A stretch of 64,000 bases of DNA from Amoebidium appalachense. Taxonomy: Eukaryota > Protista > Ichthyosporea. Position numbers and translations under genes: made by a program. The stretch is from positions 14,478,914-14,542,913 of the forward strand of contig CAVNZM010000003.1 of the NCBI GenBank assembly GCA_963693365.1, written 5' to 3'. Below the pieces are notes generated by a model. It had not been told where the DNA came from and searched no databases. It was given only the letters and a program-made list of their open reading frames with translations. Positions 1 through 10,478 of this stretch are shown here, piece by piece (within the stretch, counting starts at the first letter, position 1; each line of letters starts with the position of its first letter).

Positions 1-13
1 CCCCCGGCCCGAT

Positions 14-3000
14 GTGTTCATCAACATGCGTGCGGCGCCTTACTCCACGGTCCAAGTAGCCGACAAGGGTGCATGTGCAGTGCTTGGGGTGGGCGACGTG
101 TTCTTTTCCAGCACCATCGACGGCGTTACTGCGGTGCATCAGCTGACGGATGTACTCTACGTGCCCTCCATCCCCGACACTCTCATCAGTGTGTTCACGG
201 CAACTACCAACGGTGTTTTACCCCGCTTTGACACCCGCGGCGGCGTTAAGTTGTGCTACGGCGATCAAATTCTGGCCACCGGCTCGGCTGTCGGCACCAA
301 GCTGTACCACATGGCGGTGTCTCTTCTGCGAGCGGACACAACCCCGGACGCCCAAACCACCACTGCTCCGCGTATCCTCAAGGTTACTGCCGACCTCAAC
401 ACGTGGCACTACCGTCTGGGCCATGCTGGCATTGACGCTGTACGCTCGGTCATCAAGTCTGCAGGCCTGTTGGTGGGTGGCGGTGCCAAGTCTCCGGGTG
501 TGTGTGAGCCCTGTGCCCTCGGCAAAGCCCACCGTGTTGCCTTCTCCGAATCAACTAGCCAAGCTCCCCGGGTCCTAGCCAAGGTTCACAGCGACATCAG
601 CGGCCCCTTCCCTCCCGCGATCGGTGGTGCTCAGTACTTGGCGACGTTCCACGACGAATTCACCGGCCACACCACGGCCGTGCCCCTCGTCAAGAAGTCG
701 GACACACTGGCTGCATATGTGACGTACCACAAGGCGGCGGTTACCCAACACGGTGTTCCCATGCAGGTGTTTCAGTCCGACGGGGGGGGCGAGTACATGG
801 GCACGGCCTTCGGGGACTACAACCGTGAGCATGGCATTCGCCATCAGATCACTACCACCGGCTCTCCTCAACAGAATGGGACTGCCGAACGACTGAACCG
901 GACCCTCCTCGACATGGTTCGGGCACTCCTGCAGCAGTCCGGCCTTCCGGTGGGATTCTGGGCCGAGGCAGCTGTGACCGCGGCTTTTATACGCAACATG
1001 CTCCCGTCGCGAGCCACCGGCAGCCAATCGTCTCCCGCCCTGCTGTGGACCGGCATTCCTCCCGACTACAGCCGGCTCCGTGTCTGGGGCTCTCCCTGCT
1101 ACGTCCATCAACAGGATACACCGAAACTGGCGCCTCGTGCCGTCAAGGGCATCTTCGTGGGCTACCCTCCTAACATCAAGGGCTACAAGGTCTGGATTCC
1201 AGCAGCACACAAGATGACCGTCAGCCGTGACGTGCAGTTCGACGAGGCTGCTATTCTGCACCCCCTCCGTGATGTCCCATCTGATTGGTCGACCGCACCG
1301 GCAATTCATCATTTTTTGGAGTCATCTGATTCGTCAAATCAGCCAGCCAATCACATCGTCCGGAATGATCAGCAATCTGATTCGTCTCGTCTGTCAGCCA
1401 ATGGGACAGCGCCGAGTGATCAATTGGACATTCCGATCCTGCCCGAGCCTGCACATCGGCTCCCCCGGACGACCCGTAGTGGCGCTGTGTACAACGACCA
1501 ACGTCGAGGCCCGACTGCCAACGTGGCTGCTGCTACGGCCCCCCTTGCCCCCCAGGCTACGGCTCCTGCATCAACACCCATCAAGGCTTCCACCATTGTT
1601 GTCCCCAAGACTGTCCGGGCTGCACTCAAGAGTCCCCAGCGTCTGAAATGGGAGGAGGCTGCACACCGTGAGCTCAAGGCCCTGGAAGACAACGGCACCT
1701 TCACCCTTGTGCCCCGTCCAGAGGATGGCTCCACTGTCATTCCGGTCGGCTGGGTCTTTACGGTCAAGCAGGACAACGTCGGCAACGTCACTGCTTTCAA
1801 GGCCCGGCTTGTGGCCCGGGGCAACTACCAGCAGCCTGGCCAGGACTATTTCGTCACCGAGTCACCTGTGGCTGCGCTGGCTACCATCCGGCTGGTTTTG
1901 GCTACCTCCGTGGCCCAAGGTCTGCCTCTGCGCCACATCGACGTCAACACAGCATTCCTCAACGGCACCGTCAACGAGACCATCTACATTGAGCAGCCCC
2001 CTGGCTTCGTCAACCCCTCGGCCCCCCATGCTGTCGGCTTGCTCCACAAGGCGCTCTACGGCCTAAAACAGGCACCGCGCCAGTGGTATGAGGCCCTCCG
2101 TGACCATCTCCTCGACCAAGGCTTCATTGTGAGTGCTGCTGACCCGTGCCTGTTCATCAAGAATGCCGGGACCCCAACGTTTATTGCCCTTGCTGCCTAC
2201 GTGGATGACTTCACCGTGACGGCCGCCACTGATGCGCTCATCGACGATTTTTTCACCAAGCTGGATGCTCGTTTCTCTGCCAAGGACCTGGGTCGTCCTA
2301 CCCTGCTCATCGGGCACACTCTTACCTGGCTGGAGGACGGGTCTCTGCGTCTGGGCCATCGTCAACACATCATCGACTTGGCTGCCCGTTTTCGTCTCAC
2401 CCACATGTCCGGCACCAAGACCCCCATCGTCCCGGGCCAGGCCAGTGAAAGCAACAAGACCCCAGCCTACAGCAAGAAGGAGGACTATGCCAGCCTGGTC
2501 GGTGCCCTGCTGTGGATTGCGCGTACCACCCGCCCCGACATTTCCCAGGCTCTGGGAGTCCTTACTCGACACATTCATGCGTCCACCGTCACCCACTGGA
2601 CTATGGCTACCAGAGTTGTAAGCTACCTGCTGGCCACCATCGACCTGGGTATTGTCTACCGTCCCGGCCCCCCCAACCTTGTTGGCTACTCCGACTCCGA
2701 CTACGCCGAGGACCGCGACACCCGGCGCTCCACCACGGGCTATGTCTTCTTCATCAACTCCTCCCCTGTGTCCTGGGTGTCTCGGCTCCAGTCCATCACC
2801 ACCCACAGCTCCACTGAGGCTGAATTTGTGGCCATGTCTGCTGCTACGAACGAGGCCCTATGGCTCAACTATGTGATGGACGACCTGGGCCTTAATCCTA
2901 TCAATGAGCCCACCCCGGTGCCCATCCATGGGGACAATGAGTCTGCCCGGGCCCTGCTGGACACCCTGGGGGTTAAGCCCAAGACCAAGCACATCGACGT

Positions 3001-3148
3001 CCGCTACTGCTCCGTCAAGGAACATCACCTGCTGGGCAACATCACTGTGGTCCCGGTGGCTTCTGCTGACAACAAGGCCGACATGTTCACCAAGGCCCTG
3101 TCTGCCTCTTTCTTCACCAAGGCCGTGGGGATGCTCAACATGTGCTGA
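14..3148 (+). CDS. Ty1/Copia pol polyprotein, 5'-truncated by the window edge (protease C-terminal part, GAG-pre-integrase, integrase, RT, RNase H)
   Basis: WHYRLGH...CEPC zinc-binding motif; integrase VHSDISGP / QSDGGGEY / QQNGTAER; RT KARLVARG, LYGLKQAPRQW, YVDD; RNase H YSDSDYA, STEAEF, TKHIDVRY, ADMFTK; INT-RT-RH order is Copia-type. Confidence 0.97.
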   Translation: MFINMRAAPYSTVQVADKGACAVLGVGDVFFSSTIDGVTAVHQLTDVLYVPSIPDTLISVFTATTNGVLPRFDTRGGVKLCYGDQILATGSAVGTKLYHMAVSLLRADTTPDAQTTTAPRILKVTADLNTWHYRLGHAGIDAVRSVIKSAGLLVGGGAKSPGVCEPCALGKAHRVAFSESTSQAPRVLAKVHSDISGPFPPAIGGAQYLATFHDEFTGHTTAVPLVKKSDTLAAYVTYHKAAVTQHGVPMQVFQSDGGGEYMGTAFGDYNREHGIRHQITTTGSPQQNGTAERLNRTLLDMVRALLQQSGLPVGFWAEAAVTAAFIRNMLPSRATGSQSSPALLWTGIPPDYSRLRVWGSPCYVHQQDTPKLAPRAVKGIFVGYPPNIKGYKVWIPAAHKMTVSRDVQFDEAAILHPLRDVPSDWSTAPAIHHFLESSDSSNQPANHIVRNDQQSDSSRLSANGTAPSDQLDIPILPEPAHRLPRTTRSGAVYNDQRRGPTANVAAATAPLAPQATAPASTPIKASTIVVPKTVRAALKSPQRLKWEEAAHRELKALEDNGTFTLVPRPEDGSTVIPVGWVFTVKQDNVGNVTAFKARLVARGNYQQPGQDYFVTESPVAALATIRLVLATSVAQGLPLRHIDVNTAFLNGTVNETIYIEQPPGFVNPSAPHAVGLLHKALYGLKQAPRQWYEALRDHLLDQGFIVSAADPCLFIKNAGTPTFIALAAYVDDFTVTAATDALIDDFFTKLDARFSAKDLGRPTLLIGHTLTWLEDGSLRLGHRQHIIDLAARFRLTHMSGTKTPIVPGQASESNKTPAYSKKEDYASLVGALLWIARTTRPDISQALGVLTRHIHASTVTHWTMATRVVSYLLATIDLGIVYRPGPPNLVGYSDSDYAEDRDTRRSTTGYVFFINSSPVSWVSRLQSITTHSSTEAEFVAMSAATNEALWLNYVMDDLGLNPINEPTPVPIHGDNESARALLDTLGVKPKTKHIDVRYCSVKEHHLLGNITVVPVASADNKADMFTKALSASFFTKAVGMLNMC

Positions 3149-3334
3149 GCACCCGTCATCAACCAACTGCGCCCTCATACTTCAGGGGGGGGGAGAGAGT
3201 TGCATCCGACTGTGCAACTACGTGTACCATACTAAAATTGAGTAGGGGAATCTTTATTGTCTGTATTTTGTGCACCTGAAGCACTCGAGCTCAGTTGCAT
3301 TAATTCATACCACAATTATCCAATTGAGTAGGGG

Positions 3335-4206
3335 TGTTGGAGTACACTGGTACTCCCGGCTAGCAATGTCTGTTAGAGAAAGTTTCTGAGCAATTGAATA
3401 ACTGTTTCAACACAACCTCGAGTGCATAGAGCTTTTGTTTACGGTCATATTCATATATGGTAGTTATATGTTTGAGCCAAAACTGTACCAATGACGAGCT
3501 TCACTAGCAACGTGCTAATTGTGCTCATTAATTAATATTCCCGGTTCAGATGATGTCATGTCTATATTTGCCACAGGATTCTATTCTTAGAGTGGTAGTG
3601 TGCTTTATTCCCGGATATTCTCAGAATATTTTTAGTTGTGTGAAGCAAGATTTACGTTTAACTGCAATTGGTGTGTTAAACACGTTTATTTGTGTGCTTT
3701 AGTGCAAGTTAACTAGCCACTCAACGTGCACAGTTAACTTTTATATCTTTAACGACTTGTTTTCATTGTGCTCTCTTTTCGGCCATGCTGTACATGGCCC
3801 ACCACCAGGGTGCACACGAGGCCACCATGAGGTGGCCAACGACTATATAAAGCAGTGCCTCCCATGTCACAAACATGGGAAGCAGAACGTTTGATTTACA
3901 CTTTTCTACTGTCGTTTCCAGTGCACAAAACACATAGACTAGTTACCCATCATACACGACACTATGTCTGACAACTTACAGTTGCAGCAACTAGTCCAAC
4001 TACTGGAGCAGAGGTTGGCCTCACAAGATGCAATCATTTCTGACTTACAGAAGGAACAACGTGCACTAGAACTAGCTTCTATGAACACAATGTCCAACAC
4101 CCCCTCCCTCCAACCCCCCCCCTTTTCCCCTTTCGGTACTTTTTCCTGACCAATGCCTTTGCAGACCACGGTCTGGGTATGATTTCTGAATAGGTCGGCA
4201 CCAACA
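3335..4206 (+). mobile_element. 3' LTR of the first Copia element (end uncertain: 4099 or 4206)
   Basis: TGTTGG immediately follows the PPT GAGTAGGGG; TATATAAA near 3844; inverted-terminus candidates TCCAACA (ends 4099) and CCAACA (ends 4206); partner LTR lies outside the window. Confidence 0.6.
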
Positions 4207-4609
4207 AGAGAAAGTGGTGCACGTGGGTGGTGGGTCTGTCATTACCCTTGCCATAGGGGTGTTGTTGGGGGTTGCTCTTATAATAAGGGTTTTTCTTGTG
4301 TGTTGTGATGGCTGTGCACGTGCGTGTTTTTATCGGCTCTGAGAGCGTATGATTAGGGATTGGTACATAGTGTGTTGGCATGGAGATATGTAAGAGTGTT
4401 TAAATGTACTTGGGGTTGAGTTTTAATTCCTTTGGGGTCATGGCATCAGGTAGAAACTTGTTTCGGTTTAATGGAATAATGGTATCTGTATATCAAAGCC
4501 TTTTGAAGCGAGAAAGGAGTGTGGCTGGTATGTGCACTCATATAGTGTGGGATAAGAAGACAGGAAGGTGACAAGACGCAAATGTGTGTACACACCCAGA
4601 TTTTCCTAC

Positions 4610-5368
<759 letters not shown>

Positions 5369-5519
5369 GCGCCTGTTGTTTTGCTTGTCATTTGTTGTTC
5401 TGGTTGATTACCTGTAATCTTCGCTTATTTATGTGTGTGTGTGTGTGTGTGTATGTATGTTGTGTGGGGTTGCACATACCGGTGTCTACTTTTCTTCTTA
5501 CTGTTTTTCTCTCCACACA

Positions 5520-6262
5520 CTTCATCTGTCCACTTCTGCATACCCCCTTTCATAGCTATAGACACACTTCACACATTGCGTTACGCGCACGCATGCACAC
5601 ACCGCTCTGTTGGCGACAGCTCCCTTGGAACCCATGCGGCATGTTACCCGCCGGCGTAACATAACTCGGACTATCGGTTTGGCTTTTTTCAAGCCCAAAG
5701 CAATGGGTGATACCATATTTCCGGCTGACATCCGGGGGCATAGCTTTCCGTTTGAAGACGATAAAGTTCCGCCCTAGTAAGCGTGTTACTACCCTGCGGC
5801 GTGGGTCAAATCTCATATTTTCCCCTCTGATTGCGAATTCTGCGGCCTTCGGGACTTAATTCTTTTCAGCTGGTGTAGTATGTTAGCCAGGGAAGTATCG
5901 ACTTAGGTATCGACGGGGGAGCTTCCTAGAAGCCCCGTCTCCTGAGTTCCTATCTATATTTTTCTTGCTTCTGCATACTGCTGCAACTTTAACCCCCGGC
6001 CTTTCCCACTGCCCTTGCCTGCATAAGCAACCCTGCTCGTCTCTGATCAAGACGGGTGACCTACTCATGTTCAAGTGAAACAGTATCTGAGTTGGGTTTC
6101 GTTAACGAGGGGAATAGGTCGAAACTCGGGTACTGTGGATGACGTGGCCCCCCCCTGAGGATGGGCTCTGCATATTATGCATACTCTTTATGTATGGCTT
6201 GCATTCTGCATCATGTTATCTGTTTGTTCTTGTGTACTTCGTACTTTTTGACGCGTTCAAAC
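5520..6262 (+). repeat. ~740-bp segment, inverted copy of 61816-62533
   Basis: Near-continuous reverse-complement match along the whole length with scattered substitutions and small indels. Confidence 0.92.
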
Positions 6263-6423
6263 CCCCCCCCCCCCCCCCCCCCGCAATAGTGTACATATGC
6301 AACACACGCATAGGGGGGGGGGGGGGGGTGGGGTGGGGTGAGGGGGGGGGGGGGGGAGATGGGGAGGGGGGGGGGGGGGGGTGCTGGAAGAGAGAGGATG
6401 TGATTGTGCATGGTTGGGTATAC

Positions 6424-7709
6424 TGTCATCTTCCCATGATTCATAACAAGACTTAGAAGTTGAGTTTTGTATTTGTTTATTAGTTTGTTGTAGTTTGTTT
6501 CCTTTTCCCTTTTCCTTTCTTCCTTTCTTTCTTTCTTTCCTTTCTGTTTCCGTGTACACAGATATCTTAGATCTCTGTACACATCGAGATATTTAGCTCG
6601 CGCACACGTATTGTCGTTTGTGTCAATATCTAAATATGTCATCCAATCAGATCTCGATTGTATTTTCCCAAATATAGTAACTTACATTCCTTTCCCATTC
6701 CTTTCCCACGACGTAGCATTGTGCTATGTGTCGTGTCCGGCTCGCGGTCGCTCTTTTGGGAGCTTGGCTTACTGTTACTATGTGGCGGGCTGGTGTACGT
6801 CATTGAAAGGCGCAACCATTTATTGTGCCAGATCACCATTACCGGCAATCATTCCCCAGATGAACTGACCTACCGAATTGCTTTTATACCAAAGCAATTT
6901 CGTAGCCGTGATTGTGGGACAGGAATGCCATCCAGCCTCACCAATCAAAAACCAGATCGGTGAGCCACATAACAATCCCCTCCCGCAAAGGACAAGCTAG
7001 AGTCTCCTGACTCGACTCCATGGGCACGAAAGACCCAGCGGGGGTGTAGCTTGTCGTGTCCGGCTCGCGGTCGCTCTTTTGGGAGCTTGGCTTACTGTTA
7101 CTATGTGGCGGGCTGGTGTACGTCATTGAAAGGCGCAACCATTTATTGTGCCAGATCACCATTACCGGCAATCATTCCCCAGATGAACTGACCTACCGAA
7201 TTGCTTTTATACCAAAGCAATTTCGTAGCCGTGATTGTGGGACAGGAATGCCATCCAGCCGCACCAATCAAAAACCAGATCCGTGAGCCACATAACACTA
7301 TGTTCTCCGACTATTAGGAATAATTATATTTAGACGTGTTATGATAAGAACATGTATAAATGTATGATGTGAACTAATAGTTACATAAGTGGTTTCATTT
7401 TGTTAAATGTCTCCGTGCTTTTATTAGAAGTTTCTTTTATTAGAGGATTGCATTTTATCTTCTATGTGTCGACAGACATTTCGATCGATATATTTTGCAC
7501 TCATAGTTTTCGTCTTTCTGATTGGAAAATAGAGTTTTCGTTCTTTTGATTGGTTTATCGATTTCACATTTCCAAGTATAAAAGGGACTTCATCTTGGAA
7601 TAAATATCAAGCAGTCGTATTCATTTCCTATGGTTCCAGAAATCGTTCCACCTCTCCGGTTGTGTTTCTTCCGTGTGTCTCTGTGTTGTGTAACCCACAC
7701 AAGATAACA
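6424..7709 (+). repeat. Copia-A 5' LTR (interrupted by the TRIM; lacks ~38 bp near its end relative to the 3' LTR)
   Basis: Direct repeat of 27996-28745. Confidence 0.95.
6729..7297 (-). mobile_element. TRIM (terminal-repeat retrotransposon in miniature), non-autonomous
   Basis: Two 246-bp TG..CA direct repeats (6729-6974, 7052-7297; two substitutions seen); 77-bp internal region with minus-strand PPT GGGAGGGGAT and PBS-position AGCTACACCCCC; TSD CTATG; absent from the Copia-A 3' LTR; minus-strand TATAAAA and TCAGTT Inr-like motif in the LTR. Confidence 0.93.
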
Positions 7710-7732
7710 GGTTTACGGCCCCTTTGCACGCT
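7710..7732 (+). promoter_or_regulatory. Copia-A primer-binding site, half-tRNA-iMet-like (degenerate, bipartite)
   Basis: GGTTTACGGCCC..GCACGCT directly after the LTR, compared with GGTTATGRGCCCAGCACGCT, the complement of the iMet 5' half. Confidence 0.65.
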
Positions 7733-7785
7733 AACACACAATCTCGTTACAACCGCGAAATTCCTCCGTCTTACTGCTTCAATCA

Positions 7786-8279
7786 TGATTGACAAACCGT
7801 CGTACATCAACCTTCCAATATGGAATCCGTCCGAGAAAAGAGACGAGAAACGTCTCAATTATTTCGAGTGGGAGCCACTCATACACCGGTTCATTAGAAC
7901 AACCATTGCCGAGAAATTCGTTGACGCTATCAAGAGGCCACAGTGGGTTGACGGCACTGAGGCCAACCAGTGGCTAGGCTACGCCACCAAGGACTCCTAC
8001 AAGAAAGCTTCCGACGTCCTCGACCAGATCCTCAACCAGTCCGTCCATCCGACAGAGCTCTACGACTCCGGCCGGATGCAAGACGGTGTCCACGGTGGAG
8101 AAGTCTTCCACAACCTGCGTATGGCGTATGTGGCAGAGAAGGAGGCCCGAGTCACCCAGATTCAAGTCACCTACGAGGAGCTTGAACTACGAGACTACCC
8201 CAACGTTACAGCATACCTCACTCGCCTCCAACGTCTGGCTACGACACTTGCCTGCCTCGACGAGCCCGTCCAGCACAAG
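7786..8279 (+). pseudogene. Copia-A gag N-terminus, interrupted by Gypsy-B
   Basis: MIDKPSY...VTAYLTRLQRLATTLACLDEPVQHK joins in frame to DVVRKFF at 23382 after removing Gypsy-B and one TSD. Confidence 0.9.
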
Positions 8280-9004
8280 TGACATATACTAATCCGTCTC
8301 AGCAGATTAGCCTAAGTCTACGATCGAGATCGGGGGGGGGGGGGGGGGGGGGGGGGGGTGGCCCGGGTCCACAGATCATCAAGATCAAGTCCGAGGCCTC
8401 AAGATAGCTGTACAGCTGCGTGCATCTTGCCTCTGCCGGCGCAGGGCATTGGACCACGTCAGCCGGGACAGCCGTCCAATAGAATTCTAATTAGTGTGTA
8501 GGATAGATCGTAGGAGGACTTAGGAATGTGATTGTTCGGGCAGAAGCCCTTTTGTAAGTATTGGCAAGGTTTGATAGTAGATGTTGCCAAACGTATTTAT
8601 ATATTTCGATGTAGAGGAAAAGGGGGAGGGGAGGGGGGGGAGGATAGTATGAAATGTAGATTTAGACTCTGCGGTCACGGTGCCACTAGGGGGAGGGTGA
8701 GGGGTGAGACATGGATAAATATATTAGTTGAGTAGATCGACTTAGCTCGTGCAGGCACACGATAAAAGTAGATCGGAATGTTTGGAATGTGGCATCGTAG
8801 GGGGGCCAGGTGATGATGATCTTTGAGGGCACGGCCTTGATGGCCTCAGTTGTAACTTAGTCTCATTCCGTACGGATCTAAGTTTGCCCGTCGGAGCCTG
8901 GTCTGAATAAACTTTACCGTTTTTCCGTACACGTTCGTTCCTTTTCGTGTGTGTACACTTAGTAGAGTGCCGCGTCTCTAGTACATATACATTAGGATAC
9001 GACA
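8280..9004 (+). repeat. Gypsy-B 5' LTR
   Basis: Direct repeat of 22656-23376 with a 6-bp indel, a few substitutions and G-tract length differences. Confidence 0.95.
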
Positions 9005-9013
9005 AGCTACACC
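9005..9013 (+). promoter_or_regulatory. Gypsy-B PBS position, non-canonical (AGCTACACC)
   Basis: Immediately after the LTR terminal CA; no TGG; the same 9-mer follows the TRIM 5' LTR. Confidence 0.6.
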
Positions 9014-9091
9014 TTTTCTTTTAGTGCGGTTTTTCGCGCTAGGGTAACGCGGTGACAGTTCCTTCTGGGCTGTTGCTACACCTCAAACACA

Positions 9092-9136
<45 letters not shown>

Positions 9137-9166
9137 AACCACACGAGTTCGGGCACACACCACACA

Positions 9167-9491
9167 ATGGCTAAGTTCAACGTAGATATGTTCTACGCAT
9201 TGGCAGCGGAGGATAGCTCCCTGCACACACAGGTTCCACAGGTTCATACACTAGACGTTAGACAGACCACAGCTTTCAGTTTTACACTCAAACACGACTC
9301 AGAAATACCTAGGTGGCTTAGGACACTCATAGCAAACACACCCACACTAGTGTTAGACACTAAGAAGGCCCCTACTGTGGCGGCCTCGTGCCTAATGATT
9401 AAGCAGTGCATCGACCACAAGACCATGGCCGACTTATGCACCCTGCTGGAGGAGCACCCGTACCGGGCCGAGCAGGCCCCCCAGGTGACGG
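9167..9491 (+). pseudogene. Gypsy-B gag N-terminus, interrupted by Copia-C
   Basis: MAKFNVDMF...QAPQVT continues in frame as ARIYEQQY after the TSD at 16216-16220. Confidence 0.85.
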
Positions 9492-10416
9492 TGTTGTAAT
9501 ACGTAGTATTTACATATGGTAAGATCTTCTCAGTTTGTGTTATGTTTCAGTTCATATGCTTAGTGTAAATGCCACACTCCTATTATGTAAAGTGTAGCAT
9601 CGATCTCCGATATGCTTGTATACTTGTAATCGTGTTGTATCGGCTTTAATCGTGTATTGTAATATCGATTAGAATATTTATATGTGTGTACACGGATCCA
9701 CCCACTCAGGGAGAGACGTGTACATGTTCGTGTGTACATAAATATCTCTGGTTATAGTTATGCTATTACTATCTTGTTTGTTGATCTGTGCTCTCTTTTC
9801 CTTCCTCTTTCTCCTTCCTTATTTTCTTTTCTTTCTCTCCTTGTCTTCATGTGTATAATCGTATTTCTTTTCTACTAATATATGTTAGGTAGATTTGTGT
9901 TACTTAATACGTGTTCATTGGACGGTAACACACTTAGGCTACACTTAGAATAGCATGTGTGTTTAGACTTCATTAATTCACTTTAGTTTTCATGTGTTGC
10001 CGGGCTTTAACCAATCATCAAGGTTAAGTGTGATATGTCTGAGTCTTTGCAGTATGTCATAGGTTAGAACTTCCTTGATGATGACACGAGTTGATCCTAA
10101 CTAGTGTCTGTGTCCTATCGTGTACGCCTCCGCGTACCGGATCTCTCTGAAAGCAATTGGTTCTTAGTGATTGGTTTCTATTAGAGATGGATCTGATTTC
10201 CGACTGGTCGGAAATCATGTATGGATTGGACTTAGAGGAATTTCAGGTATTTATTCGAAGATCAGAATAAATTCAGTTCAGTCGTGTCTAAACATTGATG
10301 TCTGTTGTGTACACTGCTCCGATCGTTCCGTGTTTTGTTGTTGTGTGTGTCTGTGGTGTTTTCACACTGCACCACTGTGTCTCTGCTTACATCCCAAATA
10401 CTTATAGAATTAAACA
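9492..10416 (+). repeat. Copia-C 5' LTR
   Basis: TGTTGTA...TTAAACA, direct repeat of 15291-16215. Confidence 0.96.
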
Positions 10417-10440
10417 GGTTATGCAGCCCTTTTGTACGCT
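10417..10440 (+). promoter_or_regulatory. Copia-C PBS, half-tRNA-iMet-like
   Basis: GGTTATGCAGCCC....GTACGCT, similar to the copia/Ty5-type PBS GGTTATGRGCCC. Confidence 0.75.
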
Positions 10441-10478
10441 CCCTACACACATCTAGAACTCGCGCTCGTTTTTCAATC

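Noticed and set aside
6115-6170. Hammerhead core (GAAA ... CTGAGGA) in the duplicated segment
   Set aside because: Stems do not form and the GAAA is GAAG in the other copy
6975-7051. Hammerhead ribozyme (retrozyme) in the TRIM
   Set aside because: CTGACTCGA is not CUGANGA, the GAAA sits in a hairpin loop, and no core was found in the LTR on either strand
8848-8857. Tf1-type self-priming sequence AGTTGTAACT for Gypsy-B
   Set aside because: Only 8 of 10 complementary to the PBS, no TATA upstream, and no equivalent in the TRIM LTR; not fully excluded without 5' RACE
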